64,000 bases of DNA from Antechinus flavipes. Lineage: Eukaryota. The notes beneath the pieces were generated by a model that was not told the DNA's origin, searched no databases, and saw nothing but the letters and a program-made list of their open reading frames with translations. Shown one piece after another: positions 11,001-37,500 of the stretch (position 1 is the first letter of the stretch; every line of letters begins with the position of its first letter). The stretch spans positions 652,860,001 through 652,924,000 of the forward strand of contig NC_067398.1 in assembly GCF_016432865.1 (NCBI RefSeq), read 5' to 3'. The translations under genes and the position numbers were made by a program.

Positions 11001-14000
11001 AGTTCAGGTTCAGAGCTCCTTGGGGCATCTAATGATACCCCTGGTTGCAGGGTCTTAGCCAGAGAGATGAAGGCACCATAGAGTTGGGAGGGGATGAGAG
11101 GATCTGTGAGCTGGAAGAAAAGTGTGTTCTGGCTTTGCCCCCAGAAGAGATTTTGATTTGCTGTTTCACCTTCCTATCCCTCATGGACTCCCATCTTCCC
11201 TACCTGACTTCCATGCCGTAAGTCTCCCAAATCTAGTTCCCAAACGTAGCCCCCCACCAACCCTTCCCATATGGCTTGAGCCCCACCTCCTTAAGGAAGT
11301 GCTTGAGTACTCCAGTGACATCGTGGGGAGAGTTACCCGACAACTCCACTAAGGACCAGCCATTTTCAAAGGCCTGACAGAGCCTCTCCACTCGAACCCT
11401 GGATCCACTGATGCGGTAAATACCCTGAAGAATGAAGTTTGAAGTCATGAAACCAAGAGATCACTTGGTCCATTAGAAGATACTCAGAAGTCAAGGGTCA
11501 GAGAGTTGTCTCAGGGAGCAAGGTCTGCCTAGGGGTCTCCAGAAATGAAGGCCTGAAACAGAGCTGTGCTTCCCTCCCCCTATAACTAGAACATACTCCC
11601 TCCCCAATTCGTCCTCAACAAGATCACCAGTTTCTTTTAAATTTTTTTACTCAAGTGCTGATCTCCTTAATTGCTAATCCACAACCACCATCCCCCCCAA
11701 TTAATATACATTTTAGTTTTTTAATGTACATGTTGGTTTCTCAAATGCTGGGATTGTCATTTTGATCATTGCATCCCCCTACAATACTCTAACACACAGT
11801 AGGCACTTAAGTGCTTATTAAACAGAAGTGACTTGGAACCTGTACGCCGAGGGCACGGTGCTCAATTTCAGCAGTGCATTTGATGACCAAGAAGGGCACC
11901 TCCTCTGGGAAGTCCCGGGGCAGCTGGAGAAAGTCAACCCCAAAGAGCTGAGTTCGGGCTGGGAGCTTCCTGTGGCCACACGAGATCAGTAGGGACTGCA
12001 GGCAACGCTTGTGGCAAGCCAGAGAGCACTGGAGGAGCATAAAGGTTTAAAGAGTCACCAGGAATCATGGAGAGGCTGAGCGCCAACAAGATGCAAAGGG
12101 TGAGAGAGAAGCCAGGGTCACGATACCTCCTCACACTCGATCCCGCTGACCATGAAGGTCTCACACTCACGGCACTTGGCTGGGCCTCGAAGCTTCCGGA
12201 AACGGTGGGTTTGGGCTGCACTGGACAGTGGCAACTTCTTAAAGGGGCAAACTGCCTCATTGTCCACTCCATCTCCAAGCTCTGCAGGATCATTAGGGAA
12301 GGGATATCCAGGTTGGGATCACCTATGGCCCCTAATTCCCCTCTTTTTGGAATTTAGAGTCTGGGGCTCATTTACGGGGGAAAGTCATGGTGATGAGAGA
12401 GAAGCTCTCACTTTTCCAAACCTATGGGGAGGGCTTAAAGGATGACGTCCAACTTTAAAGCCTCACCAGGGCTGGATGTAGGAGAATCCAGGGACCGAGT
12501 CTCACTGCTTCCACCTACACTGTCCACATCGCTCCCCAGAGAGATGCCCAGGCTCCCTAGGTAGAGAGGAAGGCAGGTTGTGGGTAGAGATCTTTCTTAC
12601 CTCCCTCCCATCTCTGCTCCAAAAGAATTTCCCCACTCCTTCCCTCACCCTCACCATGGTCCCCAGGATCCTCCCAGAGATTGAGCTCTGATAAGGATTC
12701 GTTGGACTGTAAGGATTGCTGGGATGGCATCTTCTTTCGAGCATCCAGAGGCGAGCTGAAGGAAGTGAGTCTGAGAGTCTCCTCCTGACCCAGTATTAAC
12801 CCACCAGGTACAGCCCAAGCCCTCAGGATTGACCCACAGACTCACTCCCTACCCGTGTGCTGAGGTCACAAACTCCTGGAAGGAGAAATCTGGTGGGGCT
12901 GGAGGAGGTGGCTCTGGCCACATCGTCTGTACAAACTCAAGGTACCGCTGCCCAGGCTCAAAGGGCACACAGCATTCGCTAAGTGCTGAGAAACCCTGAG
13001 GTCCTCGCTGAGCCAGATCCCCTCGGAGGCTGAAGAGGTACAAGGACACCTGGAGAAGCACAGAGATCCCTCACAGGTGCTCTGAAACCGAGAAATTCTC
13101 CCTCTTCCGTGTTCTCAGACTTTCAGAGGCCGCCCAATGCTCGCCAAGGCAACAGATCTCACCCAGCCCCATCCCAACACTCACTTTCTTGAGCTCCACA
13201 TCCCCCCGGAGCAACATCTTCCGGACCCGGGACACAATCTTCTGTTTCGTAGCCTCCAGATCCCGCTGTCGGAGGTTGGCCTCCCGGACGCAGGCCTGAT
13301 AGTGAACTTCAGCTTCCTGCGCCTGGGGGACCGAGGGACGGAGAGTGAGAGGAGACGGAGCCATGGCGGGAGGCCGCACTGAGCAAGAGCAGGGCCGGGC
13401 CCCTACCTTGGCCTGGGCCTCCTCCCGTGAACGGCGCCGACGCTCTTGCTGCTTGCTGGGGACCTCGGGAAGGCCCAAGACGCGCGCCTGGGCGTCCTCG
13501 CTCCTCTGGAGGTACTGGAGCCGAGCTCGCCGCAAGGTCAACACCGCTTCATTCTGGGGTCGGAGGTCAGGGTCAGCCATGGCAGGGATGAGCAGCAACC
13601 TCCCTCCCCTCTGGCTCCCCCCTCACCATTCTCTTCTGTTCACGAACCCACTGGGCCTTCATCTCTTTCCGCCTCTTCTCTATTTCGTTCCTCTGAGCCA
13701 CCAGGGGCTGTAGTGACAGAGAACAGGGCTGAGGGGAGCTTCTTTGAGGAAGACCCCTAGCTCTCGGCCCGACTCTTTCCAGGAGGAGTCGGTGGGTTTG
13801 GGGGCACCTGGGAAGGCCCACATCCACACAAACACACAGACCTGGTAATAATTATGCTTCTGCTGGGCCAGCAGCTGCAGCGTCAGGTCTCCCAGGGTGA
13901 AGTCCTGCTCGAGGAAGAGGCCGTAGATGTCTCGGAGCGGTCCTGGAGGATGCTGGGGAAGGGGCAGAGGGCAAGAGAGAAAGCTAGAGCTGACAGACTG

Positions 14001-15663
14001 ATAAAGCTGCATGTGACCTCAGAGACCGCCGAAGTCAAGTGGCCTCCAGGGTCACGGGAGACCGGCCTGAGAGCCACAATCCAATGCCGCTTTCCTGATC
14101 CCTAGGCCTGTGCTCTCTCCTTTGAAGGCAGAGAGACTGGGGGAGGGGAGAGGGGGGTACAGGGCTGAGAGAGAGGGGAATGACTGCCTAGGATGAAAGG
14201 GACATACCTGCTGCTGGAGGGATGCCTTTGCTGCCTCAGCAAGTTTCATGATGTTTTTGGAAAATTCCAGCTCTGGACAGGGAAAAATAAAAGGAAGTCT
14301 GAGGTTAAGGGCTCTGACCAGGAGTAGCCGATTCTAAAGGGTCAGAGGGGGAAGCTGAGAAGGCCAAGGTTAAAACCCTGGGGTCCAGAAGTTAGAGATA
14401 GTGTCCAGAGGCAGAGTGGAGACAAAGGGTGGGGCCAGAGGTGAAGGGCAGGAATCACCATAGCTGGCTCTCTTCTCAGTCCAGTTTAGGATCTCTTTTA
14501 TGTGTCTGCTCCACATTTTGGCATAATCCAGGGCAGCCTCCACGCCTCCTTCACTGCGTACAAGCCGGGTGTCCAGTTCCTCCCCTTAGGACAGAGGGTG
14601 GATTGAAGAGACCAGTCCAATCTGTCCTTAACCTGACCCCAGCCTCCAGCCCTTGACCCCAGCCTCTACCTGTGAGGAGGATGGGATCTCCAGGGGGGGA
14701 GCTGCTCCAGCTTTGGGTCTCATTAGTCTAGGAGAAAAGCTCAGTGTTTGGCCGGTGGTCAATGACTCTTCGAATCCTACCCTAGGATCTCGGTAGGAAT
14801 TCTTGGAACTGCCACCATCCTTCCCTCTCCCTTTCCTCTTACCTCTACTCTTGGCTCAGAGTCTTGCAGAGGTTCTGGGTCTCCAACCAACATTTCCACA
14901 GCCCTGGAGGTGGGAATAGGGGTGGAGGTAGGTTAGGGTCCTCGTGGCTGAATGGGGGGGGGGGGGGATCATAGCGGGTTTGGGGGATTTAGAGGGTCAA
15001 TCTGGGGTCGAGGTTTATTTTTCACCCTCCGGTCCTTCCTCTCATACCCCCAGACTCACGCATTTCCCAAAGAAATCTCCAGGTTGTCCAGGCTCCTGAA
15101 GATATCACTGTAACGATTTCTGTTCTCAGTACCCCGAGTCTGGGGGAGACCTGGGGGTGGGGGTAGGCGTGTAAAAGGGGTTGTCGCCTACTAGTTAGTT
15201 GTAGACACCCCAACTTCGCTTGCCTCTTGCACATGGCCCACCTGGAAGCAGGTGTTCCTGAACCTGAAGGAAGTTCAATGCCAGGAAGGCTCAGACCCCG
15301 GCCTCCGTCTGCCTTCCGGATTGAGTTTCTAATGGGATTTAGAGCTCCAGAACTCCCAGAGGCGCAGACACTCACACGTGTGTGGACACCGGGGCACAGG
15401 TGTGCACTTACACATGCACACACACACACACAGAGAGACATACCTGTGCCCAACACACACAAGGGTGCTCGGTGAAAGCCGCCGGGCCCTTCCCCCACCC
15501 TATTCCAGAGTCAGCAGAAGCAGAAGCAGCCACTTCCCCCACCTAAGCAACCGGATGGGGGAGGGCCGGGGCCGAGGGTGAGGAGGGGGCAGTTGTGGGG
15601 AAAGGAGGAGAGGGCAACTTGAAACCTCATGCCCCCCCTCATACCGAGCTGGGCTCCTTCCAT
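8099..15663 (-). CDS. GMIP: GEM-interacting protein (F-BAR / C1 / RhoGAP), short isoform, 952 aa, 20 coding exons: 15645-15663, 15060-15150, 14843-14903, 14670-14727, 14459-14584, 14208-14272, 13842-13952, 13627-13707, 13407-13553, 13185-13322, 12853-13049, 12655-12755, 12467-12556, 12127-12281, 11840-12028, 11287-11424, 10875-11110, 10484-10793, 9551-9617, 8099-8577
   Basis: All introns GT-AG and phase-compatible; total 2859 nt (953 codons). Motifs RYSDIFRSLDNLEISLGN, GGVEAALDYAK (F-BAR), HRFRKLRGPAKCREC...CHKRC (C1), GIYRISG (arginine finger), MSANNLGIVFGPTLLRP, GTQSRGHFSRQPVKYPR, C-terminus EDHL. First exon GCCATGG, MEGAQLG (19 nt), parallels human MDAAEPG. Confidence 0.92.
8770..9005 (-). 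mobile_element. MAR1-like SINE
   Basis: Reverse-complement match to the element at 5273-5532 (gggttttcttggtaaaaattctggagtggtttgccatctccttcagtgg). Confidence 0.6.
9053..9208 (-). mobile_element. WSINE1-like tRNA-derived SINE
   Basis: Reverse complement of ggggcagctaggtggcgcattggatagagcacc...gagttcaaatgtggtctcagacacttaacacttcct...(A)n. Confidence 0.8.
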
Positions 15664-15870
15664 GGCTCCAGGTGCAGGCCCAGAGGGCTGCTTGGTGGAG
15701 GTGACCGGACGCAGCCAAGTTAGGGGCCAATCTCTCCCCTCCCCCGCCCCCCAGGCTTCCTGCTTCCGCGTGGGGACCCGCCTTCCCTCCACAGGGCGGG
15801 GACACGCCCGGCGGGAAGTTCACGGTGCCCCCAGTTTCTCGCTCCCGCCCCCATGTGCCGGTTCAAGGCG
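15664..15870 (-). promoter_or_regulatory. Putative promoter of the short GMIP isoform
   Basis: GC boxes and ETS-like GGAA cores (tgcttccgc about 15761, gggaagtt about 15814) immediately upstream of the MEGAQLG exon. Confidence 0.5.
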
Positions 15871-16077
15871 AACAGGTCAGAGTCTGGGAATCTCTGCTGG
15901 CAGGCCGGCATCGCCAGCCCAGGTCACCATCGAGGCTCGGAGCCCGGACGGGGCCCCGGGACCTGGCTGCTCCCCACAGCCAGACACACTCACACCGGCT
16001 CCAGGGCTTTCCCAAGCGGCGCTGGCCCCGCCCCCGGAGCCCAGGCCCCGCCCCCACCCGAGTCCCCGCCCCCTCAC

Positions 16078-16517
16078 CTTGCACTGCGCGGACTAACGCG
16101 GCCGCAGCCCCCCGGACGCAAGGTCCCGCCAGCCCCGGGAACCGGGCCTGGAGCTCGGCCACTGCCTGAAGCAGGTCACCAAGGTGAGTTTCTAGCGGGT
16201 CAGGCCCGGCGCCGCCTGCGGAGGAGACGGTGTGAGGGTCCGGCTCGGCGGGCACGACTCCCTCCCCCCGGCTGCTGGCCGCTCCGCGCCCCCCACTCAC
16301 AGCCCTCCCGGTACAGCGCCCGAAAGTTGAGGAATTTCCCGTTGATGTGGCGTAGGTGCGCCGAGACCCGGCGGAGCTGGCCTGGCGAGTCCCAGCCCGG
16401 GTCAAGGCCGGCCATCCGGCGCGCAGTCGCCTCCACGGGGCCCAGGCATCGGGCTTGCGCGGGGGGCTCCCCGCCGGCCCCAGGCCGGCTCCTAGCTTGC
16501 TGGTATTTGTGGCCCAT
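16078..16517 (-). CDS. GMIP: Putative alternative upstream GMIP coding exons A (16301-16517, 5' limit uncertain) and B (16078-16215), ARHGAP29/45-like N-terminal helical domain
   Basis: Exon A ends ...HLRHINGKFLNFRALYREG-T|GTGAGT (phase 1); 85-nt intron; TCTCCTCCGCAG| exon B C-GAGPDPLETHLGDLLQAVAELQARFPGLAGPCVRGAAAALVRAVQ-G|GTGAGG (phase 1), in frame with GMIP exon 2. Confidence 0.7.
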
Positions 16518-17240
16518 GGGCTGCCCTTGGCCCCGGCCGGCTCCGGGCCTCCCGAGAGCTCCGGAGGTCCGGGAGCCCAGTGATGCCGCTCCTGGGTAGC
16601 TTTCCCGGGGGCTGCCCCAGCCAGGTCATGTTCAGGTGGCCGGGCCACATTCCAGATCCTGGCTGCCAAGCTAAGTGTTAACCCCTCCCTGGCTGGGAGC
16701 TCGCCAAGCAGGGGAGGAACCTCATAAAGGGAAGGGGAGGCACTACTCCCGGGGCTTGAAATCTGGGCCAGGGAGTCGCAAGGCCCCGGCTGAAGCCCAC
16801 TCATCTGGTTCTGTTCCTGCCACACCGTGACATCACCAGCCATTAGCAGGTGGAGGGAGAAGTTGTGACACGGGGAGAAGGATCTAGATCATTTTTTGTT
16901 GGCTCCAGAGTCTTAAGGGGAAAAGAAAAAACCTCTTGCCATTAAAAAAAAAAAAGTTAAGGGGAGAGTTAACGCAGGCCGAATGGGTTCAGCAGCAGCT
17001 CGGGAGGTACCAGCTAGACCAGTTGTTTGGAATGGACAGAGGGTGGGACTCTGGGTGAGGAAGGAAGCCTTACAGAAACCAGCCAAGCAGGCTGAGGTAG
17101 CTTCACTTGTCTGCACTGTCTGCCCTTCCCCCCTTCCCAAATCCAGGAACTCCTCTCCAAAAAGAGTTCTGAAATCTCTCATCCCATCATAACAACAGAC
17201 AGCTGAGTCTCATGTTAATTTTAAAATACGCTGATGCCGC

Positions 17241-17246
17241 TTTATT
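17241..17246 (-). terminator. Likely ATP13A1 polyadenylation signal (AATAAA)
   Basis: tttatt on + strand, about 200 nt downstream of the ATP13A1 stop codon. Confidence 0.65.
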
Positions 17247-17447
17247 TACCAAAGGGGGAGGGAATAGAGCAGGGGGCCACAGTACAAAAGGTTCCCACTT
17301 AAGTCTGTCCTAGAACATCACTTAGAACGTTGATGGGCAGGGGGTGGTCACTGCTCCTCCCTATAGTCTGGGCTCATCCAGGCCCCCATCCTGGGGTGAC
17401 ATGGTCGCCTGTCCATGGTCCTGGGAAGGAGGGCCTTAGGTTCAGGC

Positions 17448-34438
<16,991 letters not shown>

Positions 34439-34598
34439 CTTCCTCAGCTCGGCACTCGCTTCCGGGGACAGGCGCCGGCTCACTTCCGGTATCCCCCTTC
34501 CGCGACTTCTGCACGCCGCCATCACCAGCCGACCGGAAGGGGAGGAACCCTGGGCCTTTCCAGGCACCTCGAGCACCCGTGGCGGCGGCGGCGACGAG
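34439..34598. promoter_or_regulatory. Bidirectional CpG-island promoter ATP13A1 / CHCHD5
   Basis: Start codons only 160 nt apart on opposite strands. ETS/GABP-type CCGGAAG motifs at 34459-34465, 34482-34489 and 34533-34539; YY1-type AAGATGGCG over the ATP13A1 ATG. Confidence 0.8.
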
Positions 34599-35353
34599 AT
34601 GTAAGTAGCGAGAGCTCAGGCTGACTGCCCGAGCCGTGGAGCCCACCGGGGCCCTCCCTTCTCTCTTTTCCTTTTCCTCCACTTAGGGAGACCAAGGCGC
34701 TCGTCCTCTCTGGGCCTCGAGGAACCATCCCGGGCCTTGTCTTCCCCTAGTCCCACGCCCCAGCCCCGCCTTCTGGGCGGTACCCTGCCCTACAGGCGGA
34801 GCTGCCTCCACTTCTCCGACTTCCCTCCTGCAGGCAGGCGGCCCTGGAGGTGACTGCGCGCTACTGCGGCCGGGAGCTGGAGCAATATGGCCAATGCGTG
34901 GCTTCCAAGCCGCAGTCGTGGCAGCGGGACTGCTACCACCTCAAGATGAGCATCGCGCAGTGCACCTCCTCCCAGTGAGTGAGGGCAGCGGGGAGGGAAG
35001 CAGGGCCAGGGGCCAGGGCCTGACTTGTAACTTCTCTCCCTTCTCCCGCCCTCTGTCCAGCCCTATCATTCGTCAGATCCGTCAGGACTGTGCTGAGCCT
35101 TTTGAAGCCTTTGAGCTGTGTCTCCGCCAGAATGAAGCTGCCGTGGGCAACTGCGCCGAGCACGTGCGGCGATTCCTGCTGTGTGCCGAACAGGTGCAGC
35201 AGCCTGCCGAGGTGGGCAGCTGGGGTCTCCGAGAGGGTTGGGTCAGAGGTCCGGGCTCCACCAACGAGCTTCGAGATAGCTCTTGGGAGGGAAGGACGAA
35301 TAAGTGACTGGTGTCGTTTTCCTCCACAGCCAAAACCTCTCCAGGCGCATTGA
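34599..35353 (+). CDS. CHCHD5: CHCHD5 (mitochondrial intermembrane-space CX9C protein), 105 aa; exons 34599-34600 (AT|), 34834-34974, 35061-35211, 35330-35353
   Basis: Spliced product [105 protein letters not shown] has four CX9C motifs; total 318 nt. Confidence 0.93.
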
Positions 35354-35484
35354 GCACTTTTTGGGGGCCATGAAAGTATTGAGCATACGTGAACGTGGGA
35401 TTTTCTCTGGAGAACCTATGGACAGTGCTTGGCTGATGATGACTGACCGGAAGTCAGTGCTGAGCCCCTGCGCCCCAGAATCCA

Positions 35485-35490
35485 AATAAA
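35485..35490 (+). terminator. CHCHD5 polyadenylation signal AATAAA
   Basis: About 130 nt after the stop codon, followed by GT/T-rich sequence. Confidence 0.7.
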
Positions 35491-36387
35491 AGATTTGTAT
35501 CGAGCTCTGGGTTCAAAAACTTGTCCTCTACCTTGGCCTCAGAGCCAAGTGAACTTCTTTAGGGTAATTGCATAAGAAAAAACTGGCTTTGTTTTTTAAT
35601 TTATGAATTGTTTTCTTTGGAAAAGCTAAATGGAAATATTATTCACCTGGAGAATTACTGGACCTGTAACTTCATGAATCAAAGGACACTTAGATCTAGA
35701 GTGTGAGATGTCAGGATAACTTCTGAATAACAGCCTCATGTTCCTAATATTGGAAATTGAGCTAGATCCGGAATATCCTTCTGCTTTTCCTCTTCTGTTC
35801 CTTCCTCTAATAGAGTAAAGTAAAATGAGATAACTAAAGCAAAGTTCAGATTTTGGATTTGGATTTGAGTTAGAATTGTTCATTCCCAGCTCTGCTACTT
35901 ACTAATGTAGCAGAAACAAAGTGGAGATTTCTAACTATTCAATAACTACATTTCATACCATAGGACTCAGTATGAGATTGGGAATCAGTATCTAAATTAA
36001 AATTCATTCTAGGATAGGGAAAAAGAATAAAGGCAAATTTAGATCTGGAAAACTTAAAAGGCTAGTCTGACTGGTTTTGCAGACTAAAGTCTATGGAGAT
36101 TAATCTGTTTCATAGAATTTGAGTTGGATCTTAGCAGCCATATTTTGTAACCCATAAACTGAGAATCACCACTTATACCCAGCAGATGGTCATAGTATTT
36201 ATTTATTGAGGCTGTACTGGGAAGAGAAACCCAGTTTCTCTCTAGGCAACCCATTTTACTTGTGGCTGTAATTGTTAGGCCTAAGATCATGCAAGTAATT
36301 TAAATGGAAGACTTCAAATTTGCATCCAAATCTGCTGTTTCCAAATTTCATTATATCATACCACAATCACTTCTTTTTTAGCTCCCC

Positions 36388-36509
36388 AATACTTCTAGTC
36401 ATTCCCATCACTTCCACAAATAACTTTATTCCCTCTATTCTGCCATGAATACTTCTAGTCATTCCCATCACTTCCACAAATAACTTTATTCCCTCTATTC
36501 TGCCATGAA
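36388..36509. repeat. Perfect 60-bp tandem duplication (2 copies)
   Basis: aatacttctagtcattcccatcacttccacaaataactttattccctctattctgccatg repeated exactly. Confidence 0.95.
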
Positions 36510-37209
36510 AACTGTCTTCACCCTACTTTCCTGCCTAAATCTTAACACTTCCTCTCCTTCAGAAAGTCCTAAATTCATCCAATTCTGCTTGATGTCATTT
36601 GCCCCTTTTCCCTGCCTGTGAACAGTTACCCTCAATTTCCCAATTGTAGATGAGCCTCGAGGTAAATCTTGGGCATTTCTATAAGTGAAGAGGGGCTAGT
36701 TAGAAGAAAACTGGTACTAGAATTGTCCACGGATTTTAACATTTTTATTCACAATCTGAAAAAGGATACACACAAAGAAATGTTCTAATAGGCATATGGC
36801 ACTTGATCATCTTCCCAGTGAGGCTCTCAAGGAGGCTCTTTGGAGAATCTCAGTGCTGGTCTTAGAAGGTTTAGGGAAATCCTTAGGATAACAAACCTGT
36901 AGAGTCACTGAAGGAAGTTAGAGACAGCTTTTTATAGAAGAGAAATATTGTAGGGCATGAGACACCCGACTTTTAGCCCCAAGTCTATTAACTTGCTGTG
37001 TAACCTTAGGCAAGTCTAATTCTTTCAGAATTAATTCCAAGTCCCCTTCCATTTGTGATGGTCTGATAGGGATTTCTTTGTTACCAATCCAACCAAGTCA
37101 ATCACATCCATAACCTAACCCCTAGCTGCTTATCAGAATATGGGCTTTCAGGGTCTCAAGACAGAAAAATATAGTCTTAGCAAAGAGATAAAAGCAGACT
37201 CCCCCACTA

Positions 37210-37500
37210 CACTACCCCCCTCCCCACCCAAAATTTGTTTATTTTAACACACATTGCTCTATGAATCACATTGAGAGAGGAATCACATTGAGAGATAAAT
37301 CACATTCAGAGCAGGAGGGAAAAACCATGGGAGAGATTAAAAAAAAGAAATGAACATAGCATGTATTGATTTACGTTCAGTCTCCTCAGTTCTCCCTCTG
37401 GATGCAGATGGCATTTTCTGTCCAAAATCTATTGGGAATGCTTTGAATCGCTAAACCACTGAGAAGAATAAAGTCTTTCATAGTCGATTATCGTCCCTCC
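37210..37500 (-). mobile_element. L1 3' UTR fragment containing a short (AATCACATTGAGAG)-like repeat
   Basis: Marsupial-type L1 3' UTR motifs (atgcagatggcattttctgtccaaaatctattggga...ccactgagaagaataaagtc). Confidence 0.5.

Noticed and set aside
12323-12360. Candidate small GMIP exon after the acceptor-like CCCCAG
   Set aside because: In-frame TAG and only about 41 nt to the next acceptor; treated as a possible remnant only.
15988-16020. Segment reading LGKALEP followed by GTGAGT, resembling ARHGAP45 FEKALE
   Set aside because: No convincing acceptor, phase-2 end incompatible with exon 2, and exon 2 already supplies that part of the alignment.
34439-34576. In-frame upstream ATG extending ATP13A1 by 46 aa
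   Set aside because: Lies within the shared promoter / CHCHD5 5' region; the ATG at 34438 has strong context and matches the recalled orthologue start.
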